Source: Malacoraja senta (lineage: Eukaryota). Taken from it: a stretch of DNA of 64,000 bases. A model generated the notes under the pieces. That model saw only the letters and a list, made by a program, of their open reading frames with translations. It was not told where the DNA came from and did not search any database. The stretch spans positions 17,114,001 through 17,178,000 of the forward strand of contig CM075987.1 of assembly GCA_038087875.1 (NCBI GenBank). The letters are read 5' to 3'. Position numbers and translations under genes: made by a program. Of the stretch, positions 36,191-48,160 are shown in pieces (position 1 is the first letter of the stretch; every line of letters begins with the position of its first letter).

Positions 36191-37066
36191 AAGGGCCTGT
36201 CCCACTTGGGCGACATTTTCGGCAACAGCCTGAAACGAGGTTGTCGGGACGTGACGTGGGGGCGTGACGCGGGGGTGACACATGTAGTGACGCACGGTGT
36301 CTCCCGGCCGCCCCTGGATTTTGGAATGTTCAAAATCTTCAGGCGACATCTGGGTGTCTCATCATGTGGTGCGCCGGGTCACACGTACGCTGACGTACGC
36401 TGTCCTGCGCGTGATGCCCGGTGACGTGGGTATATCAAGCTCCCACAGCAGGTGAGGACAGATGGAGACAAATGCTAAGCTGCTTGTTTCAGAAGCTGCT
36501 TCCCTGGTTCCTTCAATCCAAAGACTTATCCATTAAAAACTTATTGGTCCTTAGATTTATTGTAGATAAGTTCATTTCCAATGTGATTATTGTACTTCGG
36601 TGTAACCTTCTTGTGTTGTGAAGGCGGGTGATGTGGAGCGACATAGCTTGACGTGTCGGTGATGTGGAGAGTCGTAGCTTGACGTGTCGGTGACGTGGAG
36701 TGTCGTAGCTTGACGTGTCGGTGACGTGAGTATCGTACAACTTGACGTGTCGGTGACGTGGAGTGTCGTAGCTTGACGTGTCGGTGACGTGGAGTATCGT
36801 AGCTTGACGTGTCGGTGACGTGGAGTGTCGTAGTTTGACGTGTCGGTGACGTGGAGTATCGTACAACTTGACGTGTCGGTGACGTGGAGTGTCGTAGCTT
36901 GACGTGTCGGTGACATGGAGTATCGTAGCTTGACATGTCGGTGACGTGGAGTATCGTACAACTTGACGTGTCGGTGACGTGGAGTGTCGTACAACTTGAC
37001 GTTTTTTAGGGCATCAGTTACTGACGTGCGCAGTCGCTGAAAAAATCACAAAGTGGGACAGCTCAT
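36191..37066. mobile_element. Non-autonomous DNA transposon, PIF/Harbinger-like MITE
   Basis: TIR core ctgtcccactt (36197-36207) vs aagtgggacag (37051-37061), with extended imperfect complementarity (ttttcggcaac / gtcgctgaaaaa). Superfamily inferred from the gggcctgtccca-type terminus. Confidence 0.65.
36640..37002. repeat. CpG-rich 31/33-bp minisatellite inside the MITE
   Basis: Unit tcgtagcttgacgtgtcggtgacgtggagtg (31 bp) with a 33-bp cgtacaacttg variant; about 11 copies. Confidence 0.92.
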
Positions 37067-37504
37067 TTATCCGGGTCCAAGTTGATGTGTTTTCAAGTTT
37101 GATACCATCTTTTATTTTCCAGTTGATCCTAGTTGGTTCCTCCCCCCGTGGCTTGTTCTTGCCGGCTGTGTTTGTTCTGGAAGAGCTCAGTAAATCTCTG
37201 CTGTGACATCACTGAACCCAATGTCCGTGTCGCAGTCTCTCCGCTCCCAGGCCCGTGGTTGCCCACTCTGGACATCACCATCGCATCAGCCTCACTGCAA
37301 CGCACAATGTTTTAATGATCAGCTTTTATTATTACAATCAATCCTGTCTCACAGCACAGACAGCACACAAACAGGCCCTTCGGCCCAAATTGCCTATGCT
37401 AGTCCCCTTTGCCTGCGCTTGGTCCATATTCCTCCAAACCTGGCCTATCCATGTATCTGTCTCACTGTTTCTTAAATGATGGGATAGTCCCAGTAGTTTT
37501 AGGA

Positions 37505-37760
37505 GAGCTGAGAGAGGAGAAAGAGGGGGAGAGGAGAGGGAGGGGGAGGGAGAGGAGAGATGGGGGGGGGGGGAGAGAGAGGAGAGGAGAGAGGGGAGAG
37601 GAGAGAGTGGTGGAGGGAGGGAGGAGAGAGGGGCGGGGAGAGGGAGGAAAGAGGGGGAGGGGAGAGGGGGGAGGAAAGATGGCAGAGAGAGAGGGAGGGG
37701 GGAAGAGAGGGAGTGGGGGTAGGAACGAAGGGGAGAGGAGAAGGAGGCGGAGAAGATGCA
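37505..37760. repeat. Polypurine GA-rich tract
   Basis: G/A low-complexity sequence. Confidence 0.85.
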
Positions 37761-37879
37761 CACGGGGGGGGGGCAGGTCAGAACCCCACCACCCTCCTCA
37801 CTGCGAGGGCCGGGGGGGGGGGGGGGGAGGGAGGGGGAGGAGGGTCCGGGTTGGGAGGGAGGGAGGACGAGGGGTCTGG

Positions 37880-38180
37880 GTCTGGGACGTCCCGCCCCGC
37901 TCCACCCGCCGGACTCGGGCTCCTCACTCGGGCTCCGCCGCCGCTCGACCCGGACCCGGAGCTGCCGATGGAGCCGCCGATCCTCGTCCTCCGCTGCTGC
38001 TCGTCCTCTGCGGCCTCTACCCGGACCCGACCCGCCGCGCCACCGGCTCCCCTCGCCCGGCGCCCCGACACAGGCGAGTCCAGCCCCGACCCGACCCCTC
38101 TCGACCCGACCGCCGACCCTCTCGACCAGACCCGCCTGAAGCCGACCCTCCCGACCCGCGGGGATAGGACGGCCCTCAAT
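37880..38180 (-). promoter_or_regulatory. CpG island with putative minus-strand exon end (donor cga|gtgagg at 37928/37927)
   Basis: Very high CpG density, unique sequence, and a GT donor-like motif on the minus strand. Gene identity not recognised. Confidence 0.45.
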
Positions 38181-38378
38181 GTTAATACTGGAGCCGGGGG
38201 TTAATACTGACCCGGGGGGTTAATACTGACCGGGGTTAATACTGACCCGGGGGTTAATACTGACCCGGGGGTTAATACTGGAGCCGGGGGTTAATACTGA
38301 CCCGGGGGTTAATACTGACCCGGGGGGTTAATACTGACCCGGGGGGTTATAGCTGACCACGGGGGATTATTACTGGAG
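38181..38378. repeat. ~19-21-bp minisatellite (gttaatactgacccgggg) running into the gap
   Basis: About ten copies directly visible. Confidence 0.9.
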
Positions 38379-38578
38379 NNNNNNNNNNNNNNNNNNNNNN
38401 NNNNNNNNNNNNNNNNNNNNNNNNNNNNNNNNNNNNNNNNNNNNNNNNNNNNNNNNNNNNNNNNNNNNNNNNNNNNNNNNNNNNNNNNNNNNNNNNNNNN
38501 NNNNNNNNNNNNNNNNNNNNNNNNNNNNNNNNNNNNNNNNNNNNNNNNNNNNNNNNNNNNNNNNNNNNNNNNNNNNNN
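38379..38578. other. Assembly gap (200 N)
   Basis: Run of n characters. Confidence 1.
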
Positions 38579-40635
38579 TTGGTTCCTGCATCCAGCGTGT
38601 CCAATCCCTTAAGAATATTAAACTGTATGTTTCTATAAGATAACTTCTCATCCTTCTAAATTCCAGTGCAATCAAGCCCAGTCGTTCCATTCTTTCATCA
38701 TATGTCAGTCCCGCCATCCTGGGAATTAACCTCATGAACCTACGCTGCACTCCCTCAACAGCAAAAATGTCCTTCGTCAAATTAGGAGACCAAAATTGCA
38801 CACAATACTCCAGGTGTGGTCTCACCAGGGCCATGTACAACTGCAGAAGGACCTCTTTGCTCCCATACTCAACTCCTCTTGTTATGAAAGCCAACATGCC
38901 ATTAGCTTTCTTCACTGCCTGCTGTACCTGCATGCTTACTTTCAATAGACAATAGACAATAGGTGCAGGAGTAGGCCATTTGGCCCTTCGAGCCAGCTCG
39001 AGTCAATGTGATCATGGCTGATCATCCCCAATCAGTACCCCGTTCCTGCCTTCTCCCCATATCCTCCGACTCCGCTATTTTTAAGAGCCCTATCTAGCTC
39101 TCTCTTGAAAGCAATTTCAGTGACTGATGTACAAGCACATCCAGGTCTCGTTGTACTTCCCCTTTTCCTAGTCTGACACCATTCAGATAATAATCTGCCT
39201 TCCTGTTTTTGCTGCCAAAGTGGATAACCTCACATTTATCCACATTACACATGCATCTGCCCACTCCCCCAGCCTGTCCAAGTCACGCTGCATTCTCATA
39301 GCATCCTCCTCACAGTTCACACTGCCACCCAGCTTTGTGTCATCTGCAAATTTGCTAATGTTACTTTGAATCCCTTCATCTAAATCATTAATGTATATTG
39401 TATTTAGTTGCGGTCCCAGCACCGAGCCTTGCGGTACCCCACTAGTCACCGCCTGCCATTCTGAAAGGGACCCGTTAATCCCTACTCTTTGTTTCCTGTC
39501 TGCCAACCACTTCTCTATCCATGTCAGCACTCTACCCCCAATACCACAGGTTCTAATTTTGCCCACTAATCTCCTATGTGGGACATTATCAAATGCTTTC
39601 TGAAAGTCCAGGTACACTACATCCATTGGCTCTCCCTTGTCCATTTTCCTAGTTACATCTTCAAAAAATTCCAGAAGATTAGTTAACCATGATTTCCCCT
39701 TCGTAAATCCATGCTGACTCGGACCAATCCTGTTACTGCTATCCAAATGTGCGGCTATCTCATCTTTTATAATTGACTCCAGCATCTTCCCCACCACCGA
39801 TGTCAGGCTAACTGGTCTATAATTCCCCGTTTTCTCTCTCCCGCCTTTCTTAAAAAGTGGGATAACATTAGCTACTCTGCAATCCACAGGAACTGATCCT
39901 GAGTCTATAGAACATTGGAAAATTATCACCAATGCATCTGCGATTTCTTGAGCTACTTCCTTAAGAACCCTGGGATGCAGACCATCAGGCCCTGGGGATT
40001 TATCAGCCTTCAGTCCCATCAGTCAACCCAACACCATTTCCTGCCTAATGTGACTTTCCTTCAGTTCCTCCGTCACCCCAGATCCTCTGGCCACTACTAT
40101 ATCAGGAAGATTGTTTGTGTCCTCCTTAGTGAAGACGGATCCAAAGTACCTGTTCAACTCATCTGCCATTTCCTTGTTCCCCATAATAAATTCACCAGTT
40201 TCTGTCTTCAAGGGTCCAACTTTGGTCTTAATTAATTTTTTCCTCTTCGCATACCTAAAGAAGCTTTTACTATCTTGCTTTATATTCTTGGCTAGCTTAC
40301 CTACGTACCTCAACTTTTCTCCCCATATTGCCTTTTTAGTTATCTTCTGTTGCTCTTTAAACATTACCCAATCCTCTTGCTTTCCGCTCATCTTTGCTAC
40401 GTTGTACTTCTTCTCTTAAATTGTTATACTGTCCCTGACGTCCCTTGTCAGCCACAGTTGCCTCTTACTCCCCTTGGAATCCTTCTTCCTCTTTGGAATG
40501 AACTGATCCTGCACCTTCTGTATTATTCCCAGAAATACCTGCCATTGTTTTTCCACTGTCATCCCTGCTAGTGTATCTTTCCAGTCAACTTTGGCCAGCT
40601 CCTCCCTCATGGCTCCATAGTCCCCTTTGTTCAAC
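38579..40635 (-). mobile_element. CR1 LINE ORF2 (linker + RT), interrupted by a short CR1 3' end at ~38945-39115
   Basis: [38 protein letters not shown] and FADD in ORF 39183-40019. Confidence 0.9.
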
Positions 40636-40654
40636 GTTCAAATTGTATTGTGTT

Positions 40655-41520
40655 TTTGAAGATGTGACCAGAAAGGTCGATTAGGGCAGAGCTGTAGACT
40701 TTGTTTCCAAGTTTCCAAGCATTCGACAAGGTGCCGCATGGTAGGCTGCTCTGGAAGGTTAGATTGCATGGGATCCAAGGAGAGAGAGCTGAATGGATAA
40801 TTTGGCTTCATGGAAGGAAGCAGAGGGTGATGGTGGAAGGTTGCTTCTCAGACTGGAGGCCTGTGACTAGTGGAGTGCCTCAGGTTTCGGTGCTGGGCCC
40901 GTTACTGTTTGTCATCCACATCAATGGTATATAGCATGATTAGCAAGTTTGCAGATGCCACAAGAGTGGGTGGTAGTGTAGATTGTTAAGAAGGTTGTGT
41001 AAAATTGCAGCAGGATCTGGATCGATTGGCCAGGTGGGCTGAGGAATGGTTGATGGAATTTAATACAGAGAAATGTGAGGTGTTGCATTTTGGGAAGTCT
41101 AACATGGGCAGGACCTACAGTGAATGGTGGGGCTCTGGGTAGTGTTGGAGAGCAGAGGGATCTAGGAGTACAGGAAAGAACTGGAGATGCTAGTTTAAAT
41201 CAAAGGTAGAAACAAAATGCTGGAGTAACTCAGCGGGACAGGCAGAAGCTCTGGAGAGCAGTAATGGGTGATGTTTCGGGTCGAGACCCTTCTTCAGACT
41301 GATCTTGGAGTGCAGGTACATAGTTCATTGAAAGTGGCATCACAGGTAGATAGGGTGGTGAAAAGGGCTCATGCCACATTGGTCTTCATCAGTCTGCATT
41401 TAGTATTGAAGTTGGCAGGTCATGTTGCAGTTGTATAAGATTTAGGTGAGGCTGCATTTTGTGCATTAGTGTTCTGGGCACTGTGTTATAGGAAAGATGT
41501 CAAGCTGGAATGGTTGCAGG
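40655..41520 (+). mobile_element. Degenerate CR1 LINE fragment with nested Penelope terminal repeat (~41175-41301)
   Basis: AFDKVPHGRLL..GVPQ motifs; pLTR sequence ending cttcttcagactg. Confidence 0.75.
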
Positions 41521-41524
41521 GAGG

Positions 41525-42255
41525 TCTCTGTGGCAGTGAGCCTGGCCTACAGCAGCACGTGGCCACAGGGTCCCACTGGTTCTCTGTGGCAGTGAGTTCA
41601 GGCCTGCCACTGCACTTGGCCACAGGAGCCCACTGGGTCTCTGTGGCAGTGAGCCTGGCCTACCGCTGTATGTGGCCACAGGGTCCCACTGGTTCTCTGT
41701 GACAGTGAGTTCAGGCCTGCCGCTGCACTTGGCCACAGGAGCCCACTGGGTCTCTGTGGCAGTGAGCCTGGCCTACCGCTGTATGTGGCCACAGGGTCCC
41801 ACTGGTTCTCTGTGACAGTGAGTTCAGGCCTGCCGCTGCACTTGGCCACAGGAGCCCACTGGGTCTCTGTGGCAGTGAGCCTGGCCTACCGCTGTATGTG
41901 GCCACAGGGTCCCACTGGTTCTCTGTGACAGTGAGTTCAGGCCTGCCGCTGCACTTGGCCACAGGAGCCCACTGGGTCTCTGTGGCAGTGAGCCTGGCCT
42001 ACCGCTGTATGTGGCCACAGGGGCCCACTGGGTCTCTCTCCCTTCGTGGCAGAGCCTGGCCTACTGCAGAATGTGGCCACACAGGCCCACTGGGTCTCTG
42101 TGACAGTGAGTTCAGGCCTACTGCAGAATGTGGCCACACGGGCCCACTGGTTCTCTGTGACAGTGAGCCTGGCCTACCGCAGAATGTGGCCACACGGGCC
42201 CACTGGTTCTCTGTGACAGTGAGCCTGGCCTACCGCTGTATGTGGCCACAGGGGG
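41525..42255. repeat. 113-bp tandem repeat made of two related ~56-bp subunits
   Basis: Identical ORF starts recur at 41736, 41849 and 41962. Both subunits share ctctgtg(g/a)cagtgag..ggcct..tggccacagg..cccactgg. Confidence 0.92.
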
Positions 42256-43217
42256 CTCGCTGGCTCCCCCCTGCAGGCACCCCCCGACTTAGTTATTTGC
42301 ACCTGGCTGCTCAGCTGTACACCAAGGAGGATTGTCATATACACAACATCACAGTTTCTATTCAGACTCAAAAATACTAGGAATATTCATGCATTTAAAT
42401 TGTCAACAAAGATAATAATCATCTGACAAATGACGGTGACACCAGGCATGTTTACACTTGCTCTGTCTGAACACCTCCATCTGCAACATTCTGCAAACTA
42501 GCTCTTAGGGCTAAAGGAATCAACGGACGGCTAAAAAGCAGGAACGGGGCACTGATTTTAGATGATCAGCCGTGATCATATTGAATGGCGATGCTGGCTT
42601 GAAGGGCTGAATGGCCTACTCCTGCACCTATGTTTCTATATTACCACCCTATCCAACTGTGATGCCCCTTTTAAGCAACTGTGTTCCTCGTGTATGTACC
42701 CGTAGACACTAGGAGTCTCCTCCTTCATCCCTCTGCTCCACAACACTACCCTGAACTCTGCCATTCACCATGTACGTCCTGCCCTGGTTTGAGCTCCACA
42801 TGCAGCACCTTACAGTTGGCTGCATTAAACTCCACCCAGCCCACCGAGCCCACTGATGCAGATCCTGCTGTAATGTTTGACAACCCTCCTCAGCATGTGT
42901 GTACCTGTACTCCACCATCCCTGTGCTCAGGCAGCAGCGTGTCACATACACCCAGGGTCAGGCAAGTCGCTGCACAGCTGCCTGGCTGGCTGGCTGGCTG
43001 CTGGAGGAGGTTAAACAGAGAGCTTCCTGATGTCAGAATGCAACACTACGCTTCTTGCCGTGGGCAAGAGGAAGAGGAAGAGGAAGAGGTGAACACTCGG
43101 GCTGCAGTTGTGGAGAGAACTGAAGCCGGCTCCGTCTGTGCTGCCTCCGGACTCTGGCATCAACCGTGTATACAGTGGAGACACAGGTGTGTAGTCCCCA
43201 CTGGGGAGAAGCAACTG

Positions 43218-44760
43218 CTGCACACACACGCACGCTCGCTCGCACACATGCACGCACACACACGCTCGCACACACACACGCTCGCACACACGCTCACACA
43301 CACGCACACACACACACGCTCGCACACACACACACACACACGCTCGCACACACACACGCACACACACGCACACACACGCTCGCACACACACACACACGCA
43401 CGCTCGCTCGCACACACATGCACGCACACACGCTCGCACACACACGCATGCACATGCACGCACGCACGCACACACGCACGCACACACGCTCGCACACACG
43501 CACACACACACACACGCACGCACGCTCGCTCGCACACACACGCACGCACGCCCGCTCGCACACACATGCACGCACACACGCTCGCACACACACGCACACA
43601 CACACACGCACACACACACGCACACACACACACGCTCGCACACACACACACACACACATGCACGCACACACATGCACGCACACACACGCTCGCACACACG
43701 CACGCACACACGCTCGCACACACGCACACACACGCTCGCACACACACACACACACACGCACGCTCGCTCGCACACACATGCACGCACACACACGCACACA
43801 CGCTCGCGCACACACACTCGCACACACACGCACACACACGCTCGCACACACACACGCACGCACGCTCGCACATGCACACACACACACGCACGCTCGCTCG
43901 CACACACATGCACGCACACACACGCACACACGCTCGCACACACACACGCTCGCACACACACGCACGCGCACACACACGCTCACACACACACACGCTCACG
44001 CACGCACACACGCTCGCACGCACACACACGCTCGCACACACGCACGCTCGCACGCACACACACGCCCGCTCGCACACACATGCACGCACACACGCTCGCA
44101 CACACGCTCGCACACACGCACGCACGCTCGCACTCGCACACGCGCACGCACACACACACTCACACACACACACGCACGCACACACACGCTCGCACACACG
44201 CACACGCTCGCACACATGCACGCTCGCACATACACACACGCTCGCACGCACGCACACACGCTCGCACACACACGCTCGCACACGCACACACGCTCGCACA
44301 CGCACGCACACACACGCACACACATAGACACGCTCGCACACACGCACACACACACACACGCTCGCACACACACACGCGCTCGCACATGCACGCACACGCA
44401 CACACACGCACACATACAGACACGCTCGCACACACGCACACACACACGCTCGCACACACACACACACATACACGCTCGCACACTAACACACCACACACGC
44501 ACGCACACACGCACACACGCTCTCACACACGCACACACACACGCTCGCACACACGCGCACGCACACGCAACCACACCCACACTCACACACGCGCACGCAC
44601 AGAGACATGCACACGCGCGCACACACGCACTCACTGACAGGAAACCGCTGCACAGTCACACACACACACACACACACACACACGGACAGGCAACTGGTGC
44701 ACACACAGTCACACACACAGGGAACCAAGGCACAGTCACAGTGTACGATCACACACACAT
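43218..44760. repeat. Compound (CA)n/(CGCA)/(CGCTCG) microsatellite, ~1.5 kb
   Basis: Alternating purine-pyrimidine repeat cacacacgcacgctcgca. Confidence 0.95.
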
Positions 44761-44969
44761 TGGACATGGACACTACAAAAAGGTGGTTGTGAGAGGATCA
44801 CGACTGGCAGCAATGTTTAAACATTTAAATATTTCACACGTGATGGAGAGCGAGGTAAAGAGGTGGAGGAGTTACATTACTGATCATGGAGACTATCACG
44901 ACGGCACTCAGAGAGGACATAGTGGATGGTTCATCCACTGAGGAGGAGTGGCTTCAGCTTAGAAATAGC

Positions 44970-45250
44970 AGAGTCCAGAACTAGGGGCCACCGCTTAAGA
45001 ATAAGGGGTAAGCCATTTAGAACGGAGACGAGGAAACACTTTTTCACACAGAGAGTGGTGAGTCTGTGGAATTCTCTGCCTCAGAGGGCGGTGGAGGCAG
45101 GTTCTCTGGATACTTTCAAGAGAGAGCTAGATAGGGCTCTTAAAGATAGCGGAGTCAGGGGATATGGGGAGAAGGCAGGAACGGGGTACTGATTGGGGAT
45201 GATCAGCCATGATCACATTGAATGGCGGTGCTGGCTCGAAGGGCTGAATG
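44970..45250 (+). mobile_element. CR1 LINE 3' fragment
   Basis: ESRTRGHRLRIRG..GYGEKAGTGY*. Confidence 0.85.
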
Positions 45251-45845
45251 GCAGCATCTCTGGTGAGAAGGAATGGGTGACGTTTCGGGTCGAGACCCTT
45301 CTTCAGACTGGTTAGGGATAAGGGAAGCTAGAGATATAGACGGTGATGTGGAGAGATAAAGAACAATGAATGAAAGATATGCAAAACAGTAACGATGATG
45401 AAAGAAACAGGCCATTGTCAGGTGTTTATAGGGTGAAAATGAGAAGCTCGTGTGACTTGGGTGGGGGAGGGATAGAGAGAGAGAGAGGGAATGCTGGGGC
45501 TACCTGAAGTGAGAGAAATCAATATTCATACCACTGGGCTGTAAGCTGCCCAAGTGAAATATGAGATGCTGTTCCTCCCATCAGCGTTTAGCCTCACTCT
45601 GACAATGGAGGAGACCGAGGACAGAAAGGTCAGTGCAGGAATGGGAATGGGAATGAGAATAACACTTGAATTCTCCTTCCCATTCTATCACATTCTCTGT
45701 TCTTTATCTCTCCACATCATAGTCCATATGTCTCGTTTCCCTTATTCCTACCCAGTCTGAAGAAGGGTCTCGACCCAAAACGACACCCATTCCTTCTCTC
45801 CAGAGATGCTACCTGTCCCACTGAGTTACTCCAGCATTTTGTGTG
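45251..45845 (-). mobile_element. Penelope-like 3' fragment bracketed by inverted terminal repeats
   Basis: Minus-strand end of the endonuclease region (EQHLIFHLGSLQPSGMNIDFSHF); pLTR copies in opposite orientation at ~45251-45400 and ~45700-45845. Confidence 0.8.
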
Positions 45846-45867
45846 TATTGACTGTTGATGTAGGATG

Positions 45868-46580
45868 TTATAGAAACATAGAAAATAGTTGCAGGAGTAG
45901 GCCATTCGGCCCTTCAAGCCTGCACCGCCATTCAATATGATCATGGCTGATCATCCAACTCAGTATCCTGTACCTGCCTTCTCTCCATACCCCCTGATCC
46001 CTGTAGCCACAAGGGCCACATCTAACTCCCTCTTAAATATAGCCAATGAACTGGCCTCAACTACCTTCTGTGGCAGAGAATTCCACAGATTCACCACTCT
46101 CTGTGTGAAAAATGTTTTTCTCATCTCGGTCCTAAAAGACTTCCCCCTTATCCTTAAACTGTGACCCCTTGTTCTGGACTTCCCCAACATCGGGAACAAT
46201 CTTCCTGCATCTAACCTGTCCAACCCCTTGAGAATTTTGTAAGTTTCTATAAGATCCCCCCTCAATCTTCTAAATTCCAGCGAGTACAAGCCGAGTCTAT
46301 CCAGTCTTTCTTCATATGAAAGTCCTGCCATCCCAGGAATCAGTCTGGTGAACCTTCTCTGTACTCCCTCTATGGCAAGAATGTCTTTCCTCAGATTTGG
46401 AGACCAAAACTGTACGCAATACTCCAGGTGTGGCCTCACCAAGACCCTGTACAACTCCAGAACCTCCCTGCTCCTATACACAAATCCTTTTGCTATGAAT
46501 GCTACCATACCATTTGCTTTCTTCACTGCCTGCTGCACCTGCATGCCTACTTTCAATGACTGGTGTACCATGACACCCAG
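45868..46580 (-). mobile_element. Young 5'-truncated CR1 LINE
   Basis: Open ORF2 C-terminal frame LGVMVHQSLKVG..GTGY*, 3' UTR and ctatgtttcta tail. Confidence 0.9.
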
Positions 46581-46669
46581 TGTTACAGTTTTACACAATA
46601 TTGGTGAGGAGGATGAAGGGAGGCCGTACTCACACCGGTGTATGCTCTTGTTCAGGGTTAACAGTAACC

Positions 46670-47410
46670 GGCTAGCAGTAACCAGCCACCAGCGAGCAGC
46701 GAGCGATGACCAGCAGCAGGTGACTGACAACCAGCGAGTGGTAACCAGCAGCCAGCGAGTGGTAACTAGCAACTGAGAACCAGCAATTGTAACCAGTGAC
46801 CGGCAACCAGTGACTGATAACCAGCGAGTGCTAACCAGCAACCAGTGATCAGTTACCAGCGACCGGTGAGCGATGACTAGCAACTGCTGACCGATAACCA
46901 GCGAGTGCTAACCAGCAACTGATAACCAGTGATTATAACCAGTGACTGATAAATTGTAACCAGCAACTAGTGATCAGTGACCAGCAACCAGTGATCAGTT
47001 ACCAGCAACCAGTGATCAGTTACCAGCGACCAGTGATCAGTTACCAGCAACCAGTGATCAGTTACCAGCAACCAGTGATCAGTTACCAGCAACCAGTGAT
47101 CAGTTACCAGCAACCAGTGATCAGTTACCAGTGACCAGTGATCAGTTACCAGCAACCAGTGATCAGTTACCAGCGACCAGTGATCAGTTACCAGCAACCA
47201 GTGATCAGTTACCAGCAACCAGTGATCAGTTACCAGCGACCAGTGATTGATGACTAGCAACGGGTGACTGATAACCAGCAAGGGGTGAATGGTAAGCAGT
47301 GAGCAGTGACCAGCATCGGCTACCCAGTGCCCAGTGACCAGGACCAGTGTCCAGTGACCGGGACCAGTGAACAGTGACCTGGACCAGTGCCCAGTGTCCA
47401 GTGTCCAGCG
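46670..47410. repeat. 21-bp minisatellite (accagtgatcagttaccagca) with degenerate flanks immediately upstream of the NAT8-like ATG
   Basis: Homogeneous copies at ~46970-47245; degenerate 7-bp-based variants on both sides. Confidence 0.9.
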
Positions 47411-47416
47411 GTCAGG

Positions 47417-48160
47417 ATGCAGCCATTCAGCATCCGCTACTATGGTGACAGTGACAGTGACAGGCAGCGTGTGAGAGAGCTGTACGCAGCGGGGGTGTGG
47501 GAACACTTCCCCCGGGCACGCCGACACTTGCTGGGACAGTGGTGGGTGTGGGTGGCTGCAGGCCTGGTGTTGGGGATGCTCATGGCTCTGCCCCTGCTGC
47601 CCGCACTGGGCCTGTGTCTGGGTGCGGTGCTCCTGGCCACCCTACACCAGCTCCTGCGGCATGTCTGGTCCTCCCTCATCAACCAGAACCTGCGGGCGGA
47701 CCTGCTGGACCCGGCCAGCCACTACCTGGGCCGAGAGGGCGGCTGCTTCTGGGTGGCCGAGTGCCAGGGGCAGGTGGTGGGCACGGTGGGTGTTGTGCCC
47801 TCCACCGCCTCACCCGCTGACCTGGAGCTGAGGCGCCTGAACGTGGCCATGAGCCACCGCAGGAGGGGTATCGCCAAGGCCCTGTGCTGCACCGTGCTGG
47901 CCTTTGCCCACACCCGCGGCTTCACCGCAGTGGTCCTCAGCACCTCACTCATCCAGACTGAAGCTCAAAACCTCTACCTCAAGATGGGCTTCCAGCCGAC
48001 CAGAACCGTGCTGCCACCCAACCTGCTCGCCAAGATCACCAACTACACCATCCACCACTTCCGGCTCCCGCTAGCAGTGCAGGGACGGGGACAGGTGGAG
48101 GGACAGGGACAGGTGGAGGGGCAGGTGGAGGGGCAGGTGGAGGGACAGGTGGAGGGATAG
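47417..48160 (+). CDS. NAT8/camello-family GNAT N-acetyltransferase (membrane-anchored), uninterrupted coding sequence
   Basis: ATG 47417; MQPFSIRYYGDSD..GVWEH, hydrophobic segment, ADLLDPASHYL..CFWVAE..VVGTVG, LELRRLNV..HRRRGIAKAL (acetyl-CoA motif A), VVLSTS..AQNLY..MGF. Layout matches NAT8/CML proteins; exact paralog not assignable. Confidence 0.9.
   Translation: MQPFSIRYYGDSDSDRQRVRELYAAGVWEHFPRARRHLLGQWWVWVAAGLVLGMLMALPLLPALGLCLGAVLLATLHQLLRHVWSSLINQNLRADLLDPASHYLGREGGCFWVAECQGQVVGTVGVVPSTASPADLELRRLNVAMSHRRRGIAKALCCTVLAFAHTRGFTAVVLSTSLIQTEAQNLYLKMGFQPTRTVLPPNLLAKITNYTIHHFRLPLAVQGRGQVEGQGQVEGQVEGQVEGQVEG

Noticed and set aside
36513..36994. Repetitive ORFs (YDTPRHRHVKL)
   Set aside because: Translations of a 31/33-bp minisatellite that shift between frames; no coding evidence.
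41525..42255. CRISPR-like array
   Set aside because: Contiguous tandem units with no unique spacers, no cas genes, and a vertebrate context. The same applies to 51775-52110 and 62450-62705.
42681..44941. Long His/Thr- or Cys/Val-rich ORFs (up to 591 aa)
   Set aside because: Stop-free translations of a (CA)n-type microsatellite, open in most frames on both strands.
45960..46883. 307-aa minus-strand ORF
   Set aside because: Chimera of minisatellite, spacer and CR1 ORF2 C-terminus.
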